The notes under the pieces: model-generated
What the model was told of the DNA's origin: nothing
The model's database searches: none
What the model saw: the letters and a program-made list of their open reading frames with translations, nothing else
Virus record (IMG/VR): IMGVR_UViG_3300012665_000356
Coordinates: 14,232 to 78,231 of that record
Length of the DNA stretch: 64,000 bases
Origin: a virus
Reading direction: 5' to 3' (one strand)
In this document: in pieces, positions 56,911 through 64,000 of the stretch
Numbering within the stretch: position 1 is the stretch's first letter
Layout: every line of letters starts with the position of its first letter
Made by a program: the position numbers and the translations under genes

Positions 56911-59233
56911 CAGTTAATAAAGGAGCGCCATCGTTAATACGTCGTTGTTGTTTTAAAGCTCGTTTTTCAAACTTACTTAATTCGTCACCAAGATTTTTAA
57001 TATCAAACACTAGTTTGTCGTTTTCACAGCCAACAAATACTCGACCACCTTCTTTAAGTTCGCCAAATAAAATTTTGCGACTAAGTGGAGATTTAATTTC
57101 GTTGTCGATTAGTCGAGCTAACGGCCTTGCCCCCATCTTAGAATTGTAGCCATTCTTAGCTAACCAGTCTCTAGAATCTTCGTTAAGGATAATTTCAACG
57201 TACTTGTCTTTGATTTGTACATTAAGTTCTCGAATAAATTTATCAACAATAATTCTTACAGTATCTACTGATAGTTTACCAAACTTAACAACAGCATCTA
57301 AACGATTGCGGAATTCTGGCGGAAAATGTTTTTTAATTGCTTTGTCATCTTCGCCTTCTTTATCTAAATCACCAAAGCCGATGGCATTCTTTTCGTTGTC
57401 AGCAGCACCTAGGTTAGATGTCATAATAAGAATAGTATTACGACCGTCTGCTTGTTTACCATTTGACCCTGTAACAAATCCATTGTCCATAAATTGTAAC
57501 AATATGTTAGAAACGTCTGGATGTGATTTTTCAATCTCGTCAAGTAACAGTATTGCGTTTGGTGTTTCTTGTAGTTTAGTAATCAGTTGGCCAGCATTGT
57601 CCTCAAAACCTACATAGCCTGGAGGAGCGCCAATTAATCGTGCTACGGAGTGTTTTTCTTGATACTCACTCATATCAAATCTTAACAATGGCATTCCCAT
57701 TTTTTCAGACAATGCTTTGGCTGTTTCTGTTTTACCGCAACCTGTTGGGCCAACAAACAAAAAACAACCAATTGGCTTGTTAGGTAATTTCATTCCGGCT
57801 TGCGCTACAAAGATTTTATCTAGCAAGTTTGTAATAGCATTGTCTTGGCCAAACACTGAATTTTTAAGATTGTCTTCTAAGTCCGAAAGATTTTTGCTTT
57901 CTTTTTCGGAAACTGTTTCAAACGGCATCTTGGTCATTTTACTAACTTCGAACATGACTTGTTCAATGTCTACAAAATTAATTCCTTCGCCTTCAGTAAC
58001 ATCGTCTTTAATTTTATATCGAGCACACGCACAGTCAATAATATCAATTGCTTTGTCTGGCAATTTTTTATCTGGCATATATTTGATACTCATCTTAACT
58101 GCGCTATCGATAGCAGCATCAGTAATGCGAACTTTATGATACTGTTCGTAATATCGTTTGATGCCTTTGATAATCTTAACTGACAGTTCTGGAGTAGGCT
58201 CGTCAACAGTAACACGTTGGAATCGACGCATTAGAGCACGATCCTTTTCAAAGTGCTTACGATATTCTTCCCATGTAGTTGACGCAATGACTTTCATTGT
58301 GCCTTTGGTTAACATAGGTTTAAGCATATTAGCTAGATCATTAGCAGATCCGTTAGCAGCACCAGCGCCACTCATCATATGTGCTTCGTCGATGAAAAGC
58401 ACTACCTTGCCTTTTCGTTCTAACGCAGTAATAACTGCCTTAAGGCGTTCTTCAAAATCTCCGCGATATTTACTGCCCGCAAGTAACGCACTAATGTCTA
58501 AAGTGTATACTTGATGATCGTGTAAAAATTTAGGAACTTTCTTTTCAAATATTTTACGAGCTAGTCCTTCGGCAATAGCAGTTTTACCAACACCGGGTTC
58601 ACCAATGAGCAACACATTAGATTTAGAACGTCTTGCTAAAATTAATTGAATATTTTCTAATTCTTCTTCGCGTCCAATAACAGGGTCAATCTTTTTCTGT
58701 TTGGCCATAAGGCTAAGATTAGTACAGTAAGCATTTAGAATTTTATCTAATTGATTAGAGTTAAGATTTTTAATATTTTGCTCGCCTTCTTCTACGTTAT
58801 CAAATTTTTCTTGATAAAATTCAATAAACTTCTCTTTGTTAATTCCTGCTTTGGTTAGATAATAATAAGAAAAACTTTTCTTTTCAGATAAAATAGAAAT
58901 TAATACATCGTGAACTTCAATTTTTTGTCGTCCGCTGAATAGTACCTGTGTAAAACTGCGATTTAACACACGCTCAACAGATGCTGTTCTTTTTGGTTTC
59001 TGAGTAGGATTTTCAATCTTAATTTCGGAAAGATTGTTTTTTAAAAATTGTTCCAGGTTAACTTTAATAAATTCGCCATTGGCGCCATACTCTGTTAACT
59101 CTTTAAAAATTTCTTCGTCGCACATTATGGCAAACACTAAATGCTCTAGAGTCACATACTCGTGTTCTAGTTTTTGTGCTACGTCAATGGCTCTTTCAAA
59201 AATTGCTTGTAGTTTATCACTGGGTTCTAACAT
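56891..59233 (-). CDS. clpA: ClpA-like Hsp100 AAA+ unfoldase
   Basis: N-domain HEYVTLEHL; Walker A motifs GEPGVGKT and GPTGCGKT; IGF loop (NAIGFG); no ClpB middle domain. Confidence 0.92.
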   Translation of the reverse strand: MLEPSDKLQAIFERAIDVAQKLEHEYVTLEHLVFAIMCDEEIFKELTEYGANGEFIKVNLEQFLKNNLSEIKIENPTQKPKRTASVERVLNRSFTQVLFSGRQKIEVHDVLISILSEKKSFSYYYLTKAGINKEKFIEFYQEKFDNVEEGEQNIKNLNSNQLDKILNAYCTNLSLMAKQKKIDPVIGREEELENIQLILARRSKSNVLLIGEPGVGKTAIAEGLARKIFEKKVPKFLHDHQVYTLDISALLAGSKYRGDFEERLKAVITALERKGKVVLFIDEAHMMSGAGAANGSANDLANMLKPMLTKGTMKVIASTTWEEYRKHFEKDRALMRRFQRVTVDEPTPELSVKIIKGIKRYYEQYHKVRITDAAIDSAVKMSIKYMPDKKLPDKAIDIIDCACARYKIKDDVTEGEGINFVDIEQVMFEVSKMTKMPFETVSEKESKNLSDLEDNLKNSVFGQDNAITNLLDKIFVAQAGMKLPNKPIGCFLFVGPTGCGKTETAKALSEKMGMPLLRFDMSEYQEKHSVARLIGAPPGYVGFEDNAGQLITKLQETPNAILLLDEIEKSHPDVSNILLQFMDNGFVTGSNGKQADGRNTILIMTSNLGAADNEKNAIGFGDLDKEGEDDKAIKKHFPPEFRNRLDAVVKFGKLSVDTVRIIVDKFIRELNVQIKDKYVEIILNEDSRDWLAKNGYNSKMGARPLARLIDNEIKSPLSRKILFGELKEGGRVFVGCENDKLVFDIKNLGDELSKFEKRALKQQRRINDGAPLLTDETQTN

Positions 59234-59234
59234 A

Positions 59235-59729
59235 TCACCTTCTCTTTTTTAGTTTTTTCATTGCTAAGTCTAACTTCATCTTACTTACTCTGTCAACAAA
59301 ACATATACCTTCTAAGTGGTCGTACTCGTGTTGAAAACATTTAGAAAGATATCCGTCAATTTTAATTTCGTGTGTATTGCCTTTACTATCCTGATATTCG
59401 GCAACAATCCATTCGGGACGTTTTACCATCAACCATAGATCTGGAAAACTTAAACAGCCTTCCTTATCTAATTTCATTTCACCGCCTGCTTCTAAAATTA
59501 CAGGATTGAATAACGCAAACGGCGCCGGAAATCCTTTGATATGATTACTGCCCATAACAAATACACGCTTAGTTAGGCCTATTTGATTAGCAGCTAGTCC
59601 AATACCACCGTTTGACAACATAAAGTCTATCATATTTTTTTCTAATTCTTCGGCATTGCCGTCGGTATTGAAATCCCACGGAGTGCTTGGAACAGTTAGA
59701 CTTTCTTGGATACCTAATTTAAATTCCAT
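59235..59729 (-). CDS. def: Peptide deformylase
   Basis: GIGLAANQIG, EGCLS, QHEYDHLEG. Confidence 0.95.
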   Translation of the reverse strand: MEFKLGIQESLTVPSTPWDFNTDGNAEELEKNMIDFMLSNGGIGLAANQIGLTKRVFVMGSNHIKGFPAPFALFNPVILEAGGEMKLDKEGCLSFPDLWLMVKRPEWIVAEYQDSKGNTHEIKIDGYLSKCFQHEYDHLEGICFVDRVSKMKLDLAMKKLKKRR

Positions 59730-60540
59730 TGTTTTTTATCTTTTCAATCAAATCTTTTTGTGTATTGTTTAAATTTTTTGGAATCTTTATTTTAATTTTT
59801 ATTAATAAATTCCCTCGTTGTCCTGATCTAGGATGTGGAAGTCCTTCGCCTTTGCAACTTAACACAGTATCTGGTTGTGTTCCTGCTGGAACAGCAATAG
59901 TAAAATTCTTACTATCAATGGTATTTACTGTTATGCTAGAACCTACTATAGCTTCCCATACATCTATTTCTTTTTCAAATATTAAATCAATACCATTTCT
60001 TTTAAAAATTGGGTGTGGTCTAATTCTAATAGTTACAATAAGATCTCCTGGCGGCATTTTAGGTATACTATGATCGCCCATGCCTGGGTATCTTATTTGA
60101 ACATTATCATCTATCCCTGCTGGAATTTGTATAGACACTAGTTTCTTTTGACCATTTCGAAACGTAACTTCTGCGTCTATGGGTTTTCCAACCATTACTT
60201 CTTCTAAATTTAATTCTACAGTAGCACCAATGTTACTATTCTTTGGTCCTTGATTAAATTGAAAGCCAAAACCTGGATTGCCAAAAAACGTAGAAAAAAT
60301 ACCGTCGTCGCCTTGGAAGGGATTATACCCTCCGCCGTGTCCAAACGGATTAGGGTTATCATGCTCGGATCGTTTTTGATCGTCGCCTAACGTGTCGTAC
60401 GCTTCCTGGATCTCCTGAAACTTCTTAGGATCACCGCCGCGGTCGGGGTGATGCTTCATCGCAAGTTTGCGATAAGCAGATTTAATTTCATCTTGTGTTG
60501 CTGAGGCGGGAACGCCTAATACTTTATAATAATCCATCAT
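59719..60540 (-). CDS. dnaJ: Class B J-domain co-chaperone (DnaJ/CbpA-like)
   Basis: DYYKVLGV..HHPDRGG; G/F-rich region; C-terminal GDL..GEGLP; no zinc finger. Confidence 0.9.
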   Translation of the reverse strand: MMDYYKVLGVPASATQDEIKSAYRKLAMKHHPDRGGDPKKFQEIQEAYDTLGDDQKRSEHDNPNPFGHGGGYNPFQGDDGIFSTFFGNPGFGFQFNQGPKNSNIGATVELNLEEVMVGKPIDAEVTFRNGQKKLVSIQIPAGIDDNVQIRYPGMGDHSIPKMPPGDLIVTIRIRPHPIFKRNGIDLIFEKEIDVWEAIVGSSITVNTIDSKNFTIAVPAGTQPDTVLSCKGEGLPHPRSGQRGNLLIKIKIKIPKNLNNTQKDLIEKIKNNGI

Positions 60541-60545
60541 ATATT

Positions 60546-60574
60546 ATTTTAGTATCAGGCGTCGGTTTTGTCAA
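60546..60574 (-). promoter_or_regulatory. sigma70-type promoter for dnaJ-def-clpA (likely leaderless)
   Basis: TTGACA-N17-TAAAAT, 5 nt before the first ATG. Confidence 0.7.
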
Positions 60575-60586
60575 TGATTATTGACT

Positions 60587-61114
60587 CTATTTTTTAGATA
60601 ATGAGCTTTTTCCAGGCATGCCTGCTGGTGCTACTGATTCTCCAAATCCTTCGGCCTTTGGTGATCCGAACGGTTCTGGAGTCGACGCTGTAGGTGCGCT
60701 TCCAAAGCTGCCTCCGCCAAACCCTGTTGTAGCTGGAGTTGTGGATCCGAAGCTTGTGGTTGGCGCTGGTGTTGTTGGAGGTACGCTAAACCCCGCTGCT
60801 GGTGTTGTTGCTCCGCCATTGTTAGCTCCTGCTAGTTTTTCTTGTGTACGTCCGTATGCTGCTAGACCAAGAACAGCACCCATAGCAATGTGGAATAATC
60901 CAGCACCTTGTAATGTTAATGGTTGCCATTGTGTAATTTGCGATACGTGCATTACTGCTTGTAACAAACTCCACATAATTGGAAATAGAACAAAGTCAAA
61001 GGCACATACTCCCATGTATAGCCATCCCATCATTGGGCGCCATTTACTGTTCATCCAATCTTCTTTTTTCTTTTCTGAATCACTCATTGCTTGATATTCT
61101 TCCTGTGTTGGCAT
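60587..61114 (-). CDS. Putative holin (3TM/GTA-holin-like)
   Basis: KWRPMMGWLY, transmembrane segments, AYGRTQEK; downstream of the spanins. Confidence 0.55.
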   Translation of the reverse strand: MPTQEEYQAMSDSEKKKEDWMNSKWRPMMGWLYMGVCAFDFVLFPIMWSLLQAVMHVSQITQWQPLTLQGAGLFHIAMGAVLGLAAYGRTQEKLAGANNGGATTPAAGFSVPPTTPAPTTSFGSTTPATTGFGGGSFGSAPTASTPEPFGSPKAEGFGESVAPAGMPGKSSLSKK

Positions 61115-61132
61115 AATTCGCTCCTTTAAATT

Positions 61133-61696
61133 TTACATCCACAGTAACACGCCTTGGGCACTTAATAGTACACCAATGCCTGCTACTACAAAACTACCCC
61201 AAAACATTGGCATACTAACAGCAAGGATACTTGCTGATAGGACAACAATGGCTAACTGGTATGCTGTTGATGCGTAACCGATCCATGGACTAGATTTCTT
61301 AGCCTCTTCACGAGCGGCTTCCATTGCTCTTGCTTTTTCAGCAATTTCTTTCTTGTCAGCGTCCATGCGTTCTTTCTCAGCCATGAACTCTGCTTTTAAT
61401 TTTGGATCGTTTGTTGTCTTGGCCGCAATCTCGTAGCTGACACCACGACCTGCTTTGGCTTGATACTGTGCCCATGTGTTGTTAGCACCTAGCGTATTGT
61501 TTAATACTGTGCTACCTAGCTTGCCACCGTACCATGCGTTAACTGCTAGTAACAGAGCAAAGATGGAAATGACCATACCTGCTTTGTCTTTTAATTTTGC
61601 TTCACGCTCTGAACGTGAACCAGGTGCTGGTTTAGGAGCATCCGGATCTTTAGTTTCTTTCGTGAACATTTTTAAAATAGTATCTACTGCACTCAT
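61133..61696 (-). CDS. DUF4337-like membrane protein
   Basis: TM segment, NNTWAQYQAK, coiled coil, QLAIVVLSASIL, TM segments. Confidence 0.6.
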   Translation of the reverse strand: MSAVDTILKMFTKETKDPDAPKPAPGSRSEREAKLKDKAGMVISIFALLLAVNAWYGGKLGSTVLNNTLGANNTWAQYQAKAGRGVSYEIAAKTTNDPKLKAEFMAEKERMDADKKEIAEKARAMEAAREEAKKSSPWIGYASTAYQLAIVVLSASILAVSMPMFWGSFVVAGIGVLLSAQGVLLWM

Positions 61697-61714
61697 TGTC
61701 GCTCCTTTATATGG

Positions 61715-61984
61715 TTATCTTACTTCATCAAAGATTTTTTTCTGTTGGTTGTACCATTCAATCCAAAGGTCTACTTTAATTTGACACTCTTTGTATTGAC
61801 TATAGTTTTCTGTGACTGTTTTTAAAACATCGCTAAGTTTTGTTGTGTCTTCTTGAACTGTTTTCAAATCTGGACACGCAACCTTAAGATCTTCAGGAAC
61901 GTCTGGGAATTTGTGTTTTACAGGCACAGTTGTTAAACAACCAGTTAATAAAAAAGCTGACAAAAGGATTAATAGGCTTTTCAT
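61715..61984 (-). CDS. Outer-membrane spanin (Rz1-like lipoprotein)
   Basis: Lipobox LLTGC; Pro-rich region, ACPDL..YKEC. Confidence 0.7.
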   Translation of the reverse strand: MKSLLILLSAFLLTGCLTTVPVKHKFPDVPEDLKVACPDLKTVQEDTTKLSDVLKTVTENYSQYKECQIKVDLWIEWYNQQKKIFDEVR

Positions 61985-62472
61985 TTGCTTACTCCTTTTG
62001 GTTCACCAACAGTAACTATGCCTCTTTTTGTTTTTGCTGCGTCGTTTAGTATACTTATTGCTTCTGGAGCAACTTTACATTCTGCGTCGATGATTTTTTC
62101 TTTTTCAACAATTCGATCTTGTATGACAATTTTTTCTTGATTGACAACTTTTATACGATCAACATACACTTTTTTAATAACTGTATTTGTTTCTTGACTT
62201 TTTTGTTCTGCTAGTTTGACTTTTGCTTCCATTTCGGCAACACGTTCTCTCCACATCATTTCAGTGCTGTAGCCTCCCTTGAGCCATACACCTGCGGTTA
62301 AAATTAAAACGCTAATTATTTGAACTGGTAAACGATATGTGTTTACAAAAGGAATGAATTTAATAAAGAACCCTGCAATGGTTCCTACAACTCCCACAAG
62401 AAGAATTGTGTTAACAATCCAAATTAGGAAGCTATCTGGGATCAAACTTAATGCCCATGATACTTGCCACAT
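61981..62472 (-). CDS. Inner-membrane spanin (Rz-like)
   Basis: N-terminal TM segments, coiled coil, C-terminal ECKVAPEAISILNDAA; overlaps the lipoprotein gene. Confidence 0.65.
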   Translation of the reverse strand: MWQVSWALSLIPDSFLIWIVNTILLVGVVGTIAGFFIKFIPFVNTYRLPVQIISVLILTAGVWLKGGYSTEMMWRERVAEMEAKVKLAEQKSQETNTVIKKVYVDRIKVVNQEKIVIQDRIVEKEKIIDAECKVAPEAISILNDAAKTKRGIVTVGEPKGVSK

Positions 62473-62474
62473 AA

Positions 62475-63215
62475 TTAAACTCCTGAAACTTTAATAGCCA
62501 TTGCCCGGTTACCATTTTCTAATACAAATGCGTCACCATGTTTATTGATGTTAAAATCACCTAACAATTTTGTTAACCATATTGCTTCGGCAGTACTTTT
62601 GGTATCAAGTTTTAATGTTTCAGTTAAATCTTTTTGTATATCGTCTTTAGATCCAAACTGTACAATGTCAAAACTAAGTTTCATACCAAACGGTTTAGTA
62701 ATAATAACTTTGTTTCCTTCGACTACAATAGAATCTTTATATGTCTTTCCAAAGAATCGTGTAATACCATCGACACGTTTTGATTCCATTACAGTTTCGT
62801 ATTCAAGAGCCGAATTAGGAACATAGCGTTTGATATTTTCTTCGCTAAGGTCGTGTGCTACTGAACTTCTATAGTATTTAAATTTCCATTCTTTGATGTT
62901 TGTTAAACGACCAATGCCGTCAACAAGCTCATCTATTTGTTTTGATAAGGCTGGACTACGAGCAAGCTCGACAAACACATGATATGTTCCTTCGCGATCT
63001 TCGCCTGCGCTAACGTCAGCATCTAAAACAAATCCATAACCTTTTTCAACGAACTCCATCATATCTTTAGCAGGATTTCGATCGCGAGCTCTAAAACTTA
63101 AAACGCAAACATCTCGATCTTCACCCATCTTACTTTGAAAAGCATCAATCTCAAAAATATTAAACACCATATCTTCAAGATCGTTTGGTCTTAAACCTTC
63201 TCTTAACGTTCTCAT
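62475..63215 (-). CDS. Hypothetical protein
   Basis: 246 aa; EIDAFQSKMG..VLDADVS. Confidence 0.6.
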   Translation of the reverse strand: MRTLREGLRPNDLEDMVFNIFEIDAFQSKMGEDRDVCVLSFRARDRNPAKDMMEFVEKGYGFVLDADVSAGEDREGTYHVFVELARSPALSKQIDELVDGIGRLTNIKEWKFKYYRSSVAHDLSEENIKRYVPNSALEYETVMESKRVDGITRFFGKTYKDSIVVEGNKVIITKPFGMKLSFDIVQFGSKDDIQKDLTETLKLDTKSTAEAIWLTKLLGDFNINKHGDAFVLENGNRAMAIKVSGV

Positions 63216-63727
63216 TGTTGTGTCTCCGCACTTGCAGGTTCCATAGTTTCTTGTGCGTTTGCTGGCATGTTTACTTTAGGAATGTCTGAATCAATTTTGT
63301 TTTTATCAAGATTTCGATATCCTTTGTCGATATCAAACATAAGTTTTTTAGGCATACGGATTTCAACAATCCACACGGGTTGTCGATCAATCTTACCTTT
63401 TTTAGTACCAGGGCGTATATCGTCTGGTGTTTTAATTTTTCTTACTTCGGATATTTCATCTCGTTTAAAAAATACTTTACATCCGTAGTCAAGCAATCTT
63501 TTGCCACCTTGCGGGTTTGGCATTTCTTTTAGCGGCCACATAAACTTGCAGGTAACCCAATATCTAGAATCTAGCGGGCCAGCCACTAATTCTCCGTCTA
63601 GCCAATTTTCGTAGACATACAGGTCAAGTTCGTCTAAAACTCGCTCGAAGTCCTTTAAGACCCCTAGGCTAGTAGTAGATCCGTATATGTTTTCGATGTT
63701 TTTTAGTATGTCTTTTATGTCATTCAT
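63212..63727 (-). CDS. Hypothetical protein
   Basis: 171 aa; DFERVLDELDLYVYENW; GAGG SD; TAAATA at 63753-63748. Confidence 0.6.
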   Translation of the reverse strand: MNDIKDILKNIENIYGSTTSLGVLKDFERVLDELDLYVYENWLDGELVAGPLDSRYWVTCKFMWPLKEMPNPQGGKRLLDYGCKVFFKRDEISEVRKIKTPDDIRPGTKKGKIDRQPVWIVEIRMPKKLMFDIDKGYRNLDKNKIDSDIPKVNMPANAQETMEPASAETQQ

Positions 63728-63800
63728 AGTCTATAATTCCTCACATGTATTTATTTCAATCAAAAAGTTATCATAAGTTATTATTTTTCTGTACAATCTG

Positions 63801-63856
63801 TAAATAGTTTTGTGTTCGGCTTCCGGGCACAGCGGTTTGAGTCCGGACTAAACACC
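63801..63856 (+). promoter_or_regulatory. TAAATA promoter followed by two stem-loops in a 5' leader
   Basis: TAAATA at 63801-06; hairpins at 63811-63831 and 63835-63853; AGGAGG at 63862-67. Confidence 0.5.
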
Positions 63857-63875
63857 TTAATAGGAGGCTTACCCT

Positions 63876-64000
63876 TTGAGAAAAAACCGAAAAGCAGCTA
63901 GAAATCTAGCGATACAAGAAGTTGATAATGTTGTTCCAATCAAGCAATTCCTACCAAAAAAGAAAAATAGAGTACTGATATATCCTAAAAACCTCAATCA
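63876..64000 (+). CDS. Probable PhoH-like protein, N-terminal fragment (runs off the window)
   Basis: TTG start after AGGAGG; MRKNRKAAR...VLIYPKNLNQ resembles the P-K-x-x-N-Q entry to phage PhoH; only 41 codons are visible. Confidence 0.45.
   Translation, partial: MRKNRKAARNLAIQEVDNVVPIKQFLPKKKNRVLIYPKNLN

Noticed and set aside
2057-63488. Many 60-160 aa ORFs antisense to or nested in long genes (e.g. 2607-2882, 14965-15327, 57204-57617, 60618-61094)
   Set aside because: Shadow frames of well-supported genes, with no SD, motifs or operon context.
1-64000. CRISPR array, tRNA or rRNA genes
   Set aside because: Intergenic gaps are very short; no regularly spaced repeats or cloverleaf were recognised by eye. 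A tRNAscan run would be definitive.
1-64000. Stop-codon reassignment as in some jumbo phages
   Set aside because: Conserved enzymes are full length in the standard code, and both TAG (e.g. 37781, 60587) and TGA end genes at coupled junctions.

Overview
A 64-kb, AT-rich, gene-dense segment of a large T4-like/jumbo tailed dsDNA phage. It reads cleanly in the standard code, and the spanin lipoprotein suggests a Gram-negative host. The + strand (1-28.9 kb) is a late structural arm: a giant (>3,580 aa, 5'-truncated) baseplate-type protein, five paralogous fibre proteins, a 2OG-Fe(II) oxygenase, and a cassette of four glycosyltransferase-like genes plus a radical-SAM gene. The - strand (28.9-63.7 kb) carries ThyX, a T4 RNase H-like nuclease, a 7-deazaguanine cluster (QueE, FolE, QueD-like, divergent TGT/DpdA-like, no QueC in the window) with an embedded GT-B glycosyltransferase, a sliding clamp and family-B DNA polymerase. 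It also has a GH19 endolysin, putative capsid-internal modular proteins, ErpA, a DnaJ-PDF-ClpA operon and holin/spanins. A PhoH-like gene starts at the right edge. The best candidate for an undescribed system is a clamp-tethered guanine transglycosylase (it shares an NTFNxL[FY] motif with the polymerase tail) paired with a GTDC1/QTMAN-like glycosyltransferase, which predicts a glycosylated 7-deazaguanine DNA modification. Other notable signals are twin-hairpin operators upstream of the polymerase, an SD-sequestering hairpin, leaderless promoters, and Glu-delimited head polyproteins with a shared N-terminal leader. All functional calls come from motif recognition; no database searches were run.
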